NCBI GenBank assembly: GCA_048013815.1
Contig: CM106585.1
Span: forward strand, 16,430,001-16,494,000
DNA length: 64,000 nucleotides
Reading direction: 5' to 3'
Origin: Setoptus koraiensis
Lineage: Eukaryota; Animalia; Arthropoda
The first letter of the stretch is position 1, and the number at the start of each line of letters is the position of its first letter. Position numbers and translations under genes: made by a program. This document shows, one piece after another, positions 1 to 16,500 of the stretch. The notes below the pieces were generated by a model, which had not been told where the DNA came from, made no database searches, and was given only the letters and a program-made list of their open reading frames with translations.

Positions 1-986
1 TCATATCGAATGGCCGTTGGGCGGTATAGCTGAATATGCATCTGCAACAAGATGTTTACTTGGTCTAGCTATGGGTCTTTAAGCCACATCCGTGCCGGTG
101 TCACCTTTTCTATCACACTACAACTCGCACCTATCCAACTAAAGTGAAACATTACAGATAGAGAAAGGTTACGTGCTACTTAAAAATAACCGACACCTCA
201 CCTAAGTACATTTCACCAATGATGTTATTTTGCTGCCGTCCGAATTTGAGATACCATTCGAGACATGCCTGTAAGGTTGCTAGTTGGATAGTCTGATCTA
301 ATGTAGCTCTGACACTTGGAAATCTCGGCTGGGAAATTGGAATTATACATTGGACGGCAGGCAATTCGTGAGTTTCGCATTTCTGTCTGAATTTTACACT
401 ACTACCGAATGACGTGTGTGACGGTGGTAACACACTAATCGAGTAACATGTCTTTTTTTTTGTCCGACATGCGCAATATGGCGAGTGCGAGCTCGATCGC
501 TAGGCACTTTCGTTTAGACAAAACTTTGTATGAGCAATTGGGCGCCCAAATCATATAGAACTGTGTGGGGGCGATCGGAATTGAATTAGAGGCTAGACTG
601 CTCTCTAGAGACTCAATACTCAATAGAATTGAGGGATTATAGATGGTGAAAAGGGTGATATTAGGTTTCAACGTACATCTTCTCTTTAACTTTATACATA
701 CCCTGAGTTGGTTTTGAGTATTAGTCAGTAGCTTCGGAGGGGGCCAGCATGAAACATCGTCATTAGCCGGCAGCAATAGGTTTAGTAACAACAACTCTAC
801 TCTAATTATTCGTCATCGTTAATCTCCTCGTGTCAGAAATACGTAGTCAAAATAGTAATCCTTGGACGAGCCGAAGATATTAGTAGTAAACAAATCAATC
901 AGTTGAATTTAAAAAGTGACTAGAGTGTATCGTGTTTGATATAAAAAAAGTTTTACTGAGTTTCATTCATTATCATTCATGACAAG

Positions 987-3346
987 ATGGCGGTCAAGGC
1001 CAATAGACAACAAGAAATATTACTAGTCAAAAAGTGTTGTCCAGATATTGGCAGAATATCATTTGCAATTAATTGTTTTACTATCATTTTAGTAACACTG
1101 CTAATAAGTGGCAATAAGATACATAAAAATATTGTTGATTGTCGTGTCGTTAATCATCAACAAGACAGTAGTAACAGTAACAACAACGCCAAACATACCA
1201 CTACTGACAACAGTAACAACAACATCGATTACAGCGATTACAACGACAATAAAAAGAACATATACAAGGACATTTACTTTGGGCCAGATATGATGGTTCC
1301 ACGACAAAACAATCGCGATGTTGTATCCGACGAGACTGCTTTGTCGTCAAATCGCAATAATGATGCCAACAATTTTGGGACTATGCTACGAACGGCCGCG
1401 TCACAACCGTCGTTCCTAGACAAGGACCAGCAGCAAGCGATTGGCAACGATCACGAGCTACCGCCCGATTACTATTATTATTACAGATTGCAACCCAAGA
1501 GCCAGCAACCAAATTACGGCGGCTCTATGGACAACATAGATGGTGGACGGTCTGCTCTACTAAACACCAACAATGGACACGCCAGCAACAATAACAACTA
1601 CAACAACAATATCAACAACAATCAGCAATACCAGAGAAGCAAAAGCATCAACACTTATGATGATATCAACACATTGGTATATCCCAACAGCAACCAAGGC
1701 AACTACGATCTAGAGAAGCGTCCTGATCTAGGAACAACCATGTCAACTCTGGAGAGTTACCTACCTAGATCGGCGCCACTTAGAACCAAACTGCTAGAGT
1801 AAGTACAACTACTAGAGGCATATATTGCACCTAACATGAATGTGTTTTGGTTAGTTTGGCCAGCATGAAATCAACTTGTTATCTAATCAAGCAAATGTAA
1901 ACTATGAAATGTTTTCTCTTTTTAGGATGATAAGCCAGGATATGGCCGTAGCCAGCAACGGGCTTCAACTATCGTAAGTACAACTATCTATCTCATGACC
2001 TACTGGCTTGTTAATTGCTCGCATTGCCGTTCCCACCACAATATTATCATCTTCATGAGAGTCCCCGCCAACTAAAACAATAAGTCTAATGTTTGGCAAC
2101 CAGAACGAGAAGCAGTGACCAAGTTAACAATGGTTGGCGAAATTATGCTGAATTGAGCTATTCACCTGATGTGAATAAATGACCAATTCCAGCGATAATT
2201 TATTTTTTCTTTTTATCGCCATTTCCAGCCAGTGGCTGATTGTATTAATGGCTGATACCATGACAAAGGCACCATGAGGGCTTCTTTTTGTGCTGGCCAC
2301 ATAAATTATCGGCCCCAATTGCATTGAGTGGCGCTCATTATTGGTCTGATGGGCAACTATGATGCACTCAATTAGAACGAAGCGCCATCGATATGACAAC
2401 TCACGAGATTTTATCATTAGGCTAATAGAGTGATCTAGAGAACATATTAGAGAATAGAGGGTCATTTGAAGCGTTCATTGCGAAGCTTTCCTTTCGTCAC
2501 TACCATAACCCGTCTGTTCAATTCACCAACAATTCCAGTGAAGTTGGCTAAGTGGCTACTGCAACCCCGTTTGCATAGATATATTTATGTGGGGGCTCAT
2601 CTAGTTGCTCTCCCATCATTACCGCTGCTGCTCCAATCGCAACTTCTGTTTGCTTGCCGACCCACCTAGGTCCAATAGTGAGTTCTATACTTCCGCAAAA
2701 TCTGTCCATATTTGTTGATTACGGTCGCTCAAATGACAAGTGGTGATTGCTGTGTATGATAACAATGGTACGAAAAAAAAAAATGTTCCTCATATCAGGG
2801 CCAGTGTTTGGCTGCTCTGCTGTGGTGGTCACATCTTTGCACTTCAACATGGTTGAACAGTTTCGTTGAGTGGCCACTGTCTGAGGTTCTGCAGCAACAA
2901 AACACAAACGGTTTGCTTAGTTGAGCGATGATGAGAAGTAAAACAATGGAGCACGGCGGGGGAGACAGGACCTAAATCAACAGACCCCAAATCATCAATT
3001 AGAACTCGATGCATATGGCCTAGAATTTTGTTTATTTGATTGCGTGTCACACAATTCAAGCGAGAATAATGATCGCGTTCCATCGCGACACAAGTTGGCA
3101 TCGGCATTGTTGTTTGTCGATTCATGCATCGTTCATAGTGTATTCTATTTGCATTGTTATCATATTCTGACGACTCTTTGCCCACTGTTCTGTCTTTACT
3201 ATTGTTATTATTAATATAGGAAACGCGGTCGCGGAAGTAGCTCTTGCAATTTCAATTCTGGACTCACCAGTAAATGCGACAATATGGACTATTTACAGGC
3301 CTGGAATCATCACAATTGGTTCCACAAGACGACTCTGCCAGGATAG
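987..3346 (+). CDS. Calcitonin-type neuropeptide precursor, 3 exons: 987-1798, 1926-1973, 3220-3346 (328 aa)
   Basis: GT-AG junctions (donors gtaagt at 1799 and 1974; acceptors ttttag at 1925 and aatatag at 3219) are all phase 2 and keep frame. Product has an N-terminal hydrophobic stretch (ISFAINCFTIILVTLLISG), an Asn/Gln-rich pro-region and ends KR-GRGSSSCNFNSGLTSKCDNMDYLQAWNHHNWFHKTTLPG-stop: dibasic site, two-Cys ring, C-terminal Pro-Gly amidation signal. Confidence 0.8.
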
Positions 3347-3594
3347 ATGTCGGCATGAGGAGGCCAAACCATTGTTGAGTTATGGCAACGATAAGACGCA
3401 CACACACACACACACACAAATATACTTACTACGATAAGCCAATCTATAATCAACACCAGAATGGATTGCACAACATCGAGGCAAAGAGACTTTCAAGAGT
3501 GGCACTTTACCTGTCGATGTAAAATCACAGCCAGGTCACGGGACAAAGATAACGGCGAAGAGAGATAAATATCAGTGAGACAGATTAGCAAGCA

Positions 3595-3740
3595 GAAAGA
3601 TAGAAAAGGGAGAGAGAGAGGGAGAGAGAGTCAAGTGGGAGAGACAAATACAGGAGAGAAAAAAATACAAAAAGACGAAAACAAGAGAGACAAATACAGG
3701 AGACACAAATACAAGAGACACAAATACAGGAGAGACAAAT
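3595..3740. repeat. Purine-rich low-complexity tract with gagacaaatacag-type repeats
   Basis: Directly visible; explains the 3575-3757 ORF. Confidence 0.75.
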
Positions 3741-4093
3741 GGGGGAATGACAATTAAAGTAGACGCAATTAGAGGTGAGATATTTGATTGTTCTCAGTTA
3801 CATCCGGCAAAACTGAGACTAATTGGGCACTGTCCAGGCACTCATCTTATTCATTGAATGTAACGTCTACTAATTTATCATGTATCTAACTCATTGTTAT
3901 CAGCACACACAAATTATAAGAGGTAGCACAAACAGACATAATAATACTAGCTAGATTAGTTTATATTAGACATAGTAATAATATATACAAACAAATGATG
4001 TGGAGATGGCTAATTGTCGTGTTTGTTTCTTTTTTTAATCATATCAGATCGTAGTGATTGAGTCTGATTTTCGCCATTCATTGTTTCACTAGT

Positions 4094-4510
4094 TCAATCG
4101 TAGGCATGTCGGTACCTATTGGCCATTTTTTGAACCGCAAATGCTTTCAATATCTCTATACCTCTTGGTGTTAGTGGTACGGCTGGTTTGGGTTTACAGC
4201 AATACAAATAAACGCAACAAACCAGTGCCACTATAAGGGCCAAAACAAATACAACAATAGACATAATTACAATGAAGAGTGTGGTATCATCCAAACTGCC
4301 CATACCCAAAAAGCCCGAGTCTTTTGTGGTAGTAGTAGGGTTGATAGGGGTAGCATTTGAAGCAGCACCAGTTGTTGCAATACTTGATGTAGATGATGGT
4401 TTGGTTGTGGTTGATGCAGCGGCTGCTTCGGTGTTGATTATTAAGCTATTACAGATGATAGCTATAAATATGTATAATATTGTTGTGGGTATGCGGCTCA
4501 ATGGCGCCAT
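4094..4510 (-). CDS. Small single-pass membrane protein (signal peptide, Thr/Ser-rich stalk, TM helix, Cys-rich juxtamembrane tail); function unknown
   Basis: ORF 4094-4570; first ATG giving a signal peptide is MAPLSRIPTTILYIFIAIICNSLII at 4510; then ASTTTKPSSTSS..., TM LFIVIMSIVVFVLALIVALVCCVYLY, and CCKPKP. Confidence 0.6.
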   Translation of the reverse strand: MAPLSRIPTTILYIFIAIICNSLIINTEAAAASTTTKPSSTSSIATTGAASNATPINPTTTTKDSGFLGMGSLDDTTLFIVIMSIVVFVLALIVALVCCVYLYCCKPKPAVPLTPRGIEILKAFAVQKMANRYRHAYD

Positions 4511-6482
4511 CTCTGGCAAACTAAGTTTGCTTAGGCAAGCAACTAGTAATAATAATACCAGTAAATACAATATATAATTTAGGTCCTAAGTGTGGCCGAG
4601 TGAGCGAGTTGAGTCTCGTTTATCAACGCAAAGTGACCACCAAAAAGTGTCGGAGATTGCAAAAAGCGCGTGCCCCTACACACTTCACACCAACCCGGTC
4701 AGTCACATATATATTGCAGTGACGACGATTGCCCCGATCACATGACAGTGCAAGCGATGTGTTGGCTCGAGACAATCGGTGATTGATTTGTGATTCGATA
4801 AATTGAGTATCGCAATTCATAAACACACGCTAACAATAGTAATTAGCACTAATTGGGTGCCCGCGAGAAGAGGCTGCTTGCAAATTGTCGCATGCATAGG
4901 CTATTTCATCTTACGCATACTTACAAATATTTGTTTGTTGTATTTGTCTCTCACATGTGACAAATATCTTTGCCACTTGACGCTGGCAACTCGCAAATTG
5001 GTTATTTGCTTGGGGGTATTTGGTGTGCGCTCCGGTTGGGCACCAGTGGCCGGCCAGGGCGCCCCAGGCACAAACAGCGATAATGACACCGGGGCGCCAT
5101 TGGGTGTCGGACATTCAGTGGTGGCGTTGCTTAGTCAAGTGGTGCTGTTGTTGTTTGTTGTTGGTGGCCGGTTGATGGTTGATGGCAGCGTTTCTGGTCC
5201 AATTGGCACCGATTGTAGAGCCAATTGACACCGACACACGGCACAGCTACAGCTATTATGCAACAACAATCCATCATGCCGCTGTTGTTGCTGCATAATA
5301 GGCATGTTACGCAATGGAACATATGAACAGAATAACAAGTTATAAACGGTTGTTGTCATGTGTGGGAAAAAGTGTGACACTGTTGTTGCGGTCACAAACA
5401 GCGACCGTGATACATTGATACTGTCGTCATTGATACTCCCGCAACCTGCATGACAAGCGTCAGAGATTTGTTTATGGAAAGTCGAAATGGTATAAACAAC
5501 AACAACAACAACAACAACAGCGTCTCTGTATTTGTATTGTGTCTGCTGTCGTCGGTGTCGCGGATGTGTCAGGCAACAGTATGGGAACTGCTAGAAGCGT
5601 TTGCTCACCGTTACCCGACACATTAGGCACGTACATTTTTTGTTGCCGGTCATTCGCACACTCGGCGCATCATCAATTGCTTGTCCTCACATTAGGCATC
5701 ATTCAATTATCTCTCCAATGTTATGTAGCTGTCGCCAGACTAGGTTAAACTGGCGCCGCCAACCGGCCCATCATGCAACTGATTTCGTCGGCTCCATTGG
5801 CTGATTGTTTTCCGCGTCAATGCACACTTGGCAATTTTGCTATTGCGAGCATTTCGAACGAGCTCTCTCTCTCTCTGTGGCTAATATTTTTCACCGGGCC
5901 CCAGTAGTGTTTTGCACACCACAACTGACACAAACAAGAGGATTCTCTTTTGCCCAAATCAATCTGTTTGTTATTTCTAGTTTGGTCGACACGTGGCTAA
6001 CCACCGCCAACTTGCTAATTGTGCGTGCGAGCCGCTTTGCCTCTGGCCAACTTTCAATTTTCACCACCACCGAATCCATAACCAATTACCACCACAATGA
6101 CACCGCCATGATATGATGATACCGTCGCGGGCCTGACGCGTGCCTGTGCAGATTGTTCTGACGCAAGAGATAGCGGATGTGAGGGAGAGAGAGAGAGAGA
6201 TTTTGATTCCAACAAGAATGTGTGTGAAGGTGATATATGCTCCGGTGCCTGACAATAGCCTATATGAGCAACGAAATGGACACGCTACCGTTATAACTGG
6301 AGTTATAAGCGTTTAAATGGGTGACAAAATCAAATGAAATGACCCGTGTGTGATCATCATGCTCTTCGGCTACATTGCTCGTTATTTATTAGCGCCGAAC
6401 ACTATTCGTATTCGGTTCACAATCTGGCCAGAGAGCCGGCTCGATATTGGTATGATACAATGGTGCTTACTTTGCTCGCGCG

Positions 6483-7125
6483 TTAGCTTGCCAGCGAGTC
6501 TTGGCGAGCGGCAATCATTTCGTTGTTGTTGGTATCGTTTGATGCGGGGCACTTTTTGGCGCGTTTCAATTGTTGTTGCTTCGAAGCCTCCACCGGGCCT
6601 TGCAACTCCGATGCGTTCGAAAATGGCTTAGCTGCTGCCGGTGCACAGTGTACGGAGGATCCGTCATTTGAATTGCATTGGGCATTGTTTGTTTGTTGTT
6701 GTTGATCGAGAGTCAACAGTTGATGATACGAGCGTTTGCTTGCCTCAGATTGCATAACTCCAAAATCCTCTAACCGAGCCCCGTGCGGACCATGTTGTTG
6801 CTGGCCGTGGCTCAATAGATTAATCTGTCTGCTGTCAGCAATCATATGAGAATCGGCCTCGAGGAGCTGGTGCCGCTGCTGCTGGTGATAATTCTGGTTG
6901 ACTTTGTGATTTCTGTGCGTCAATGATCTAGTTGCTTGCCCCGAGCAAATCTGATTAATATCCGGTGGGTTGTGAGCCGCCGTTGGCACCAGTTGCGCGC
7001 TTGTTTTAGTCTGGCTTGAATCGACACTGTCGTAGTGTTGACTGGGGTGCATCAAATGAGCAGCCTGAGACGACGACATAGATGACTCGATTAATTGCTG
7101 ATGTTGATGTTGTTGTGGTTGTTGG

Positions 7126-7163
<38 letters not shown>

Positions 7164-8151
7164 CTGTTGTTGTTGTGGTTGTTGCTGTTGTTGTTGCGGC
7201 GCAATTATGGCATTGTTGTTGTTGCTGGTGGCGCCCCCAGAGGTGACGTGGCCATTCGGATCCCCACAACGATATTCGTCGTTGTCTTGGTGATGACGGT
7301 AGTGATTATGAGGGCCGTGATGAAGGCCGCTTTGGGCTGATTTTCGGCTAGAGGAGAAGTTGCGCTTGTTCATTGGATTCACCCCGAGGTTCTCCCAATT
7401 AATCCATGATAATCTGGCTGTGAGATCGCTGGTATTCCAATCTTCGCTGCGACCGCCACGAATCTCGCCCGCCAGACAGCGCTCGATATAGGTGATCGGG
7501 TCCAGGTTTGTGTTGAGGATCTCCTTCAGCAGCGATATGTATGCTATGGCCAGCCTGAGAGTATCTATCTTGGACAATCTAAGAGTCGAGAAACATTGTA
7601 TTAATTATATTACGAAGCCATGGCAACTATGGTGTATATAGGCAATAAAGAGTTGTGCGAATGAATTACCTTTTCTCGAACGGGAACGTCGGCACATGCT
7701 GTCGGAGTTGCTCAAAAGCAGAATTGATGCTGAGCATTCGTTTTCTTTCGCGAACATTGGCAGCGAATCGTTGCACTTTATAGGGTCCGCCGCCTGGCGA
7801 GCAAGGATAACCGTACTCGTCGACATATTGTAATTCGCCACTATCATTGTCGTTTTCTTCGTAATAGTGACTCTGTTGTTGTTGATCATTTTGATTGGAT
7901 TGCATTTGTGAAGTTGTATCCATACAGTTGCTGGGAGATGGAGTGAGTGCCGTTGAGTGTTTCCTGGGAGTCTCATATAGATCATTGTTAGCATACATCA
8001 TAGGTTGCCTGTTGTCACTGGCAAAGTGATCCTCTGGTGCTTGTAGGCCGCTTGTTGCGACAAACGACCTATCCGTCAGAACAGAGCCTGGCTCTTGATG
8101 CCGATATGTCTGATTGGTCAATTCTTCCGTCTGTGAAAGTACAGTTTGCAT
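6483..8151 (-). CDS. Fer2: bHLH transcription factor of the Fer2/HLH-13 (PTF1-related) type; exons 8151-7670 and 7578-6483
   Basis: A 91-bp GT-AG intron (7579-7669) joins [35 protein letters not shown] to [21 protein letters not shown], followed by [19 protein letters not shown], which I recall as Fer2-typical. Long Gln/His-rich C-terminus. Confidence 0.85.
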
Positions 8152-9169
8152 GGATTAAATAGAAGAGGGAATGCAACTTTCGTTATTGCGTGTTCGTCAA
8201 CTGTGCATAGTACAACTACAATTAGTTTACTAACCTGATGATGGCGTTGGCCGTCTCTTACTATTATGTGTGATACAGGATTCAAGTAGCTTGCTGTTGA
8301 TGAATTCAAAGAGTTCTCTGTGGCTCCTATGTAATCTGGCGGAGCATTTGTTGATGATGACATTGCTAGTATGAGAAATCAATCGCGTTCGATTGATACA
8401 CAGTCGATCGTGCCTGAATAACAACTATATGTATTGAAATGATTTTTTTGCGATGTTGGCTAACTTTGAGCCAGTACTCAGCGTGAGATGTTGCCTGGAC
8501 CACAAAGCAAACTGGCACCGTCTAGATCACTTATATAACTTGAAGATATTGGAAAAGATTGAAGATTGAGCGAATTGATTTTCGGCGAATAGTGCACGAT
8601 TAGGTGAAGTTTGATGGTTCGGGAACAGTGTTTGCGAGTAAGAAAATGAAGAGCAAGACACCTCGGACACCATTATCAGGACTGCTTAATCTCATATCTA
8701 CTTTCTTCGACAAATTGATACAAAGATAGGGCGAAGTTTTGACTTGTACGCATGCTCTTCAATCAGCGCAGGGTCCTTCGCTGGGACTGTACGTGCGCAT
8801 AGCGCACTTTGCGCACACAAATATCATTCGCGAGTGATATAGGTCAAAACTAAAATCCAACGCGACATAGCTTCGGGACCAAAGATAATACCAGAAATTT
8901 TCCAAGCTACTAGAATTAGTCAATGTGACGAGTTGAAGAAAACAATCCCAATAAATGAAAGAAAAGTGAAGAGGCGAGAACGAGAAAATGGCACTGAAAA
9001 ATTGGTTGTTTAGTTCATTATCGGCACTTTATTCTCTTGCAGTAATGTATAACTAAAAGTGACGCTCTTTTGTCGAATCAATGCTATGATGCTCCTAATG
9101 AATGGGTTGAACTGAGGGGAATTAAGTTTGTTTGTACTAGACAGTAGATTGTTGTGGTTGAGCATGAGT

Positions 9170-10627
<1,458 letters not shown>

Positions 10628-10769
10628 TTAATTTTTTGGGTTAAAACTAATAATAGTATAGATGTTAACAATAATTAATATATGTAAAATATTTTGATGT
10701 CTGATAATGGTCTAATGAGTTGGCAGAGTGTAGAAATTTGTCGGTTGCCGTAAAAGGAGAAATCATTTG

Positions 10770-10847
10770 TGTGTGTGTGTCCGTGCGTGTGTCACGAATG
10801 AACGTTGCCATAGCTTTCGTGCCTGCAACTTACATGTGTGTGTGTGA

Positions 10848-10887
<40 letters not shown>

Positions 10888-11700
10888 ATATGTGTAAGGT
10901 TCATGGGTGTGTAACAGCTTCTAGACGCACAAGCAGACAGACACACAAGCAGACAGACGCACAAGCAGACAAACGGACGGACAGACAAACTAAATGCACC
11001 TACATGAAGTTGTGTGTGTGTGTGTGAGCAGCCTCAGCTTGAGCGGCTGCCGACGCTGCCGAATTGCCTCATTATACGCTATTTGGTGGCGCCCTCATCG
11101 TCGTCGTCGTCGCCGTCGTTGTTGTCGAGCATCGAACCTTTTCATTCTTTTGCTGCGAACGATGAATACGCTTGCACAGACAAGCGGACAAACGCACGCA
11201 CATCGCACATATACGCACAAGCTCGCGGGAAACTCTTAGCGGGCGGGGGTAGACATAAATAAAATGTTTGTATTGTGCATGTAACGTCGACTTTTCTATC
11301 CCCATTCGACAGCATTCGTTAGCGTTCGCTACATCTGCCAGTGTTGGTCGTTAATCGAAACAACACACACACAGAACAAGCTGCTGCTGCGCTCAAAAGT
11401 AAGGGCGGTGGTTGACGGGTGCAGCAGCAACAGCAGTCACTGTGCAAGAAAAACTGCTCACCACCACCACCACCACTGTGACCAAACAAACACACACACG
11501 CACACACATGCTGATTCCTGTTGTGGAGACAAACGAACGGACACACGCACACACATTTATTCTCCTTTTAGGGCAAACACACTCAATTTAGAAAGGGGGA
11601 GAGCAAGAAAAGAGCACACACGCACACACATTCGTATAACAACTGCCACCGAACAGACATTGATGCACGGAGAATTTAGTATAGCAGCAGCACCACACAC
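10770..11700. repeat. Microsatellite-rich spacer between the tubulin genes: (GT)n 10835-10885, AGACGCACAAGC-type short repeats 10922-10990, CA/CAC tracts
   Basis: Directly visible simple repeats; probably also the shared divergent promoter region. Confidence 0.8.
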
Positions 11701-11866
11701 TCACATTCATATAAATAAAATATATAGGGCAACCGACAATATTTCTACATTCTCCTAACATATTAAACCATAATCATCAGACTAAAAAAAATTATACATA
11801 AATATTTTACCTACATCAATTATTGTTAACATCTACACTATTATTTGTTTTAACCCAAAAAATTAA

Positions 11867-13345
<1,479 letters not shown>

Positions 13346-13588
13346 ACTCATGCTCAACCACAACAATCTACTGTCTAGTACAAACAAACTTAATTCCCTT
13401 CAGTTCCCAAATACTCCCATCATCTGAATCTGCATCATTACGCGGTACATGGACTAGCGGAGCGTGTACAACGAGATTAAAAAGAACATTCTGACAAACC
13501 AAAGAATTAATACATGATATAGTGACAAATTTTAACTCCATAAATTTTAACAAATTCAAAATTGTTGACAGTGTTTGGCGTAATTATT

Positions 13589-16500
13589 TCAATCTCTCAA
13601 GAATGCTGGGTTCGATAGACCGGCGCCTGCGGCGCTTCTCTGATGTGTCGGGTGATGAACTGAAAACTCTCTTAGTGGATACCCCTTGCTTTTGCCCATG
13701 AATTTTTCTGACTTGGCTGCTGCAATCAGGTTTATCGTAACGGACACAACAAGCGCTGTTCCAAGTAGTATGACCAGAATTATCAGAGTGTTATCAAGCT
13801 CGCTTGATGCCACCTCAACACAGTGGCCTTCCTTGTTTTCATAAGACGATGGTATACATCTACATTGTGTTCCAGATCTCACATCATAGTGGCAAGCTGA
13901 TCCAGGTTTGTACAAGCAAAACGTTGAGTTGCTCAGACAATGGTTGATCGCTGTTCGGAGTGGCGAGAGGATTGCAGATTAGAACATTAGTATTGTTAGC
14001 TACTGGTCAAAACAAGCCGGCATTCGAGTTTATGTAACGGTTGCTCATTTTTATGCTTCGCAGTTATTCTTAGGAAAGAATAAAGGAGGAATATATTCAA
14101 ATACTTACGAGCACATATTTGTTTAACTGGTATTTGTGACGGATCTTCGTGTCTGGGTAATAGATCTTTAACATCGATTACGTCAACATTTTCGGGACAT
14201 TTACACGAGCAATATGATGTGTTATTGTCCATTCTAACACTCTGGGCCTCCAATCCGCAGAATCCATCCAATTCACATGGTATGATCTGACGGAAGTTTA
14301 TGCTTGATTTCTCCGCAGCAGCGGATCTCTGTGTGATAATTTTATTATCTAATTTTTGTAACAATATCCTCGGTTTAATCCAACAGAACCTATTGTCCAT
14401 ACTGTTGCTATCGCACTGACTGAAAACTCTCTCTACGGGTTCTTTTTCCACAGGTGAGTTCGATTGTAAATAGATAGTACAATTCAAATATTGGCCACTT
14501 TTGTCAGTCTCATAACATTGGCTGTTATTAATGGTTACTGTGAATGGATTATAAATTATTTGTCTCAACGACTGTCTCACATCCTCCACTAGATCAGAAT
14601 TGAGTCTGTACTTTCTGACATTATCATGAATGCGTGCATTGCACTCCTCTATGGTGTCGACAAACGGATCTAGATCACTCTCGTAGGGATCTTCGAGAAC
14701 TGTTTTTGGTATTAGCGTTGTGATGTTGCACTGATTGAGATCCGTCAAAAATATTGATTTCTGTTGCTGTCGTAATTGCTTTTGTTGTCTTAATAATTGT
14801 GGCTCATGAGTTAATAGCTCCAAATCATGACTACTGTTGTTGGTTTCACCAGGCCTCGCGGGCTCCGGCATAGGCGATAGCCTATATTGTGGATGAAGAT
14901 ACGGAGAATCCGACTTGGGATCTGACAATTGATTGATGCCATTGAAAGGTTTGTCCTGCCATTGTCCAAGAAGGTGATGATGAGCCTGTGTCCCATTGGC
15001 GCCAGGAATAGCTGGTATCAACCTGTGATACCTAGACTCTGGATCATAATATTTGTTTACTAGCAACAATTGAAAACTGTAACTGTACTTGGCTATGAAA
15101 CACTTGTGATCTGTTTGATTGTGAATAAAACCAGGCAAACAATCGCAGCCAACTTTATCTTTGTCCAGTAATTTACAGACGGCCTGTTGTCTAAGGCAAT
15201 CGTAGCGTTTTGCGGCGCATTTCGGCTCGCAAGTGAATTCGTTAATCGTTCCCTGACCAAAGAATTTCTTCTCCGTCGAGGGCGGACAGACACAATCAAA
15301 CATACTTGCCTTACTGTAGTCGGGCACACAAATTGCTCCTTGATTAGTGCAAATATTGTAACTATTCGAGCCTCTGGTACAAACACGCCTCAATCGACAC
15401 AATGGCGACCCGAGCATATTAACGCCTCCAAAGTAATCCGACGACTCGTTGAGTCTCGGCTCATACCTGCTACTCAGCAGCGAGTTCAATGAGCCATCCG
15501 AACAGCGACACTTGAATGTCCCCGGATCACACAAACCCAACGGGCACACTTGTTGTATCTTGTCGAATTGATCGCGATTTTCGGCATAACTAGTAGAGCA
15601 AACATTCAAGCATCTCACTGATTGAGTATACTTGCCGCTAGAATTGCCCCCACGATCGTCTACAACTGTTTCGCCCTCGGCCAAATAACCGGGCTTACAT
15701 TTGCAACCTGCCTGGGTGCATATTTGATTGTCGCCTTGACAGAGTGGTCGGCACGACAACTGTTGCATCGGTCTACACGTTCGCTGGTCGCTGGCTAGCC
15801 TGAAACCGGGATGACAGGCACAAGTGTAGGGTCGTTGTCTGTCATTGTCATTGGGTAGGCAGATTTGATCGCAATCGTTTAGTGACGGCAAGAGACAAGC
15901 CGTTGATTTGCACGATTTTGTACCATCTTTCGAGTCTATTTCCAGCCTGAATTTGTCGGCACATTTGCAAATGGGTTTCTCGCCAGGGACTGTGGGCAGA
16001 CAGATATGAGCGTCAAAACCGCATTCCAATTTTCTGTTATGACACTGTTTGCGTACGCATCTTTCAAACAATTATATGATGATCATGGACGATATTAGTA
16101 TCAATTATTTAAACCCAATCAATAGCAACAAGATACACACAAACTACTGATAAACTCACCCGTTGACAGTATCTAAAGGGTCCTCGTACCAATCCTGGCT
16201 TTCATCGCAGTGGCAAGGTCTAGTTTCGTTGAATCTAAAAGAATAAAGCAATAATATCATGATGATGCACATGTAATCAATTGAATTCGATGACCGAAAT
16301 AGATAAATCAGGGTTAGCTTGCGTCTACTTACGGTTTTGTAATATCACAAGTCATGCCGATTGACGGGCACATGATTGAATTGCATTTATGGGCTTGCCG
16401 ACATCTGGAATCATCACTCAGATAATAGTCGCTCTGACAACTACAACGGAACGTCTTACCCTCCGAATCGTAGCTATTCTCGTCTAGAGGCACCTCCATA

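Noticed and set aside
7006-7340. Poly-Thr and poly-Leu ORFs, plus similar ones at 21273-21590, 27181-27445 and 29996-30511
   Set aside because: Alternate-frame or antisense readings of trinucleotide-rich exons of real genes.
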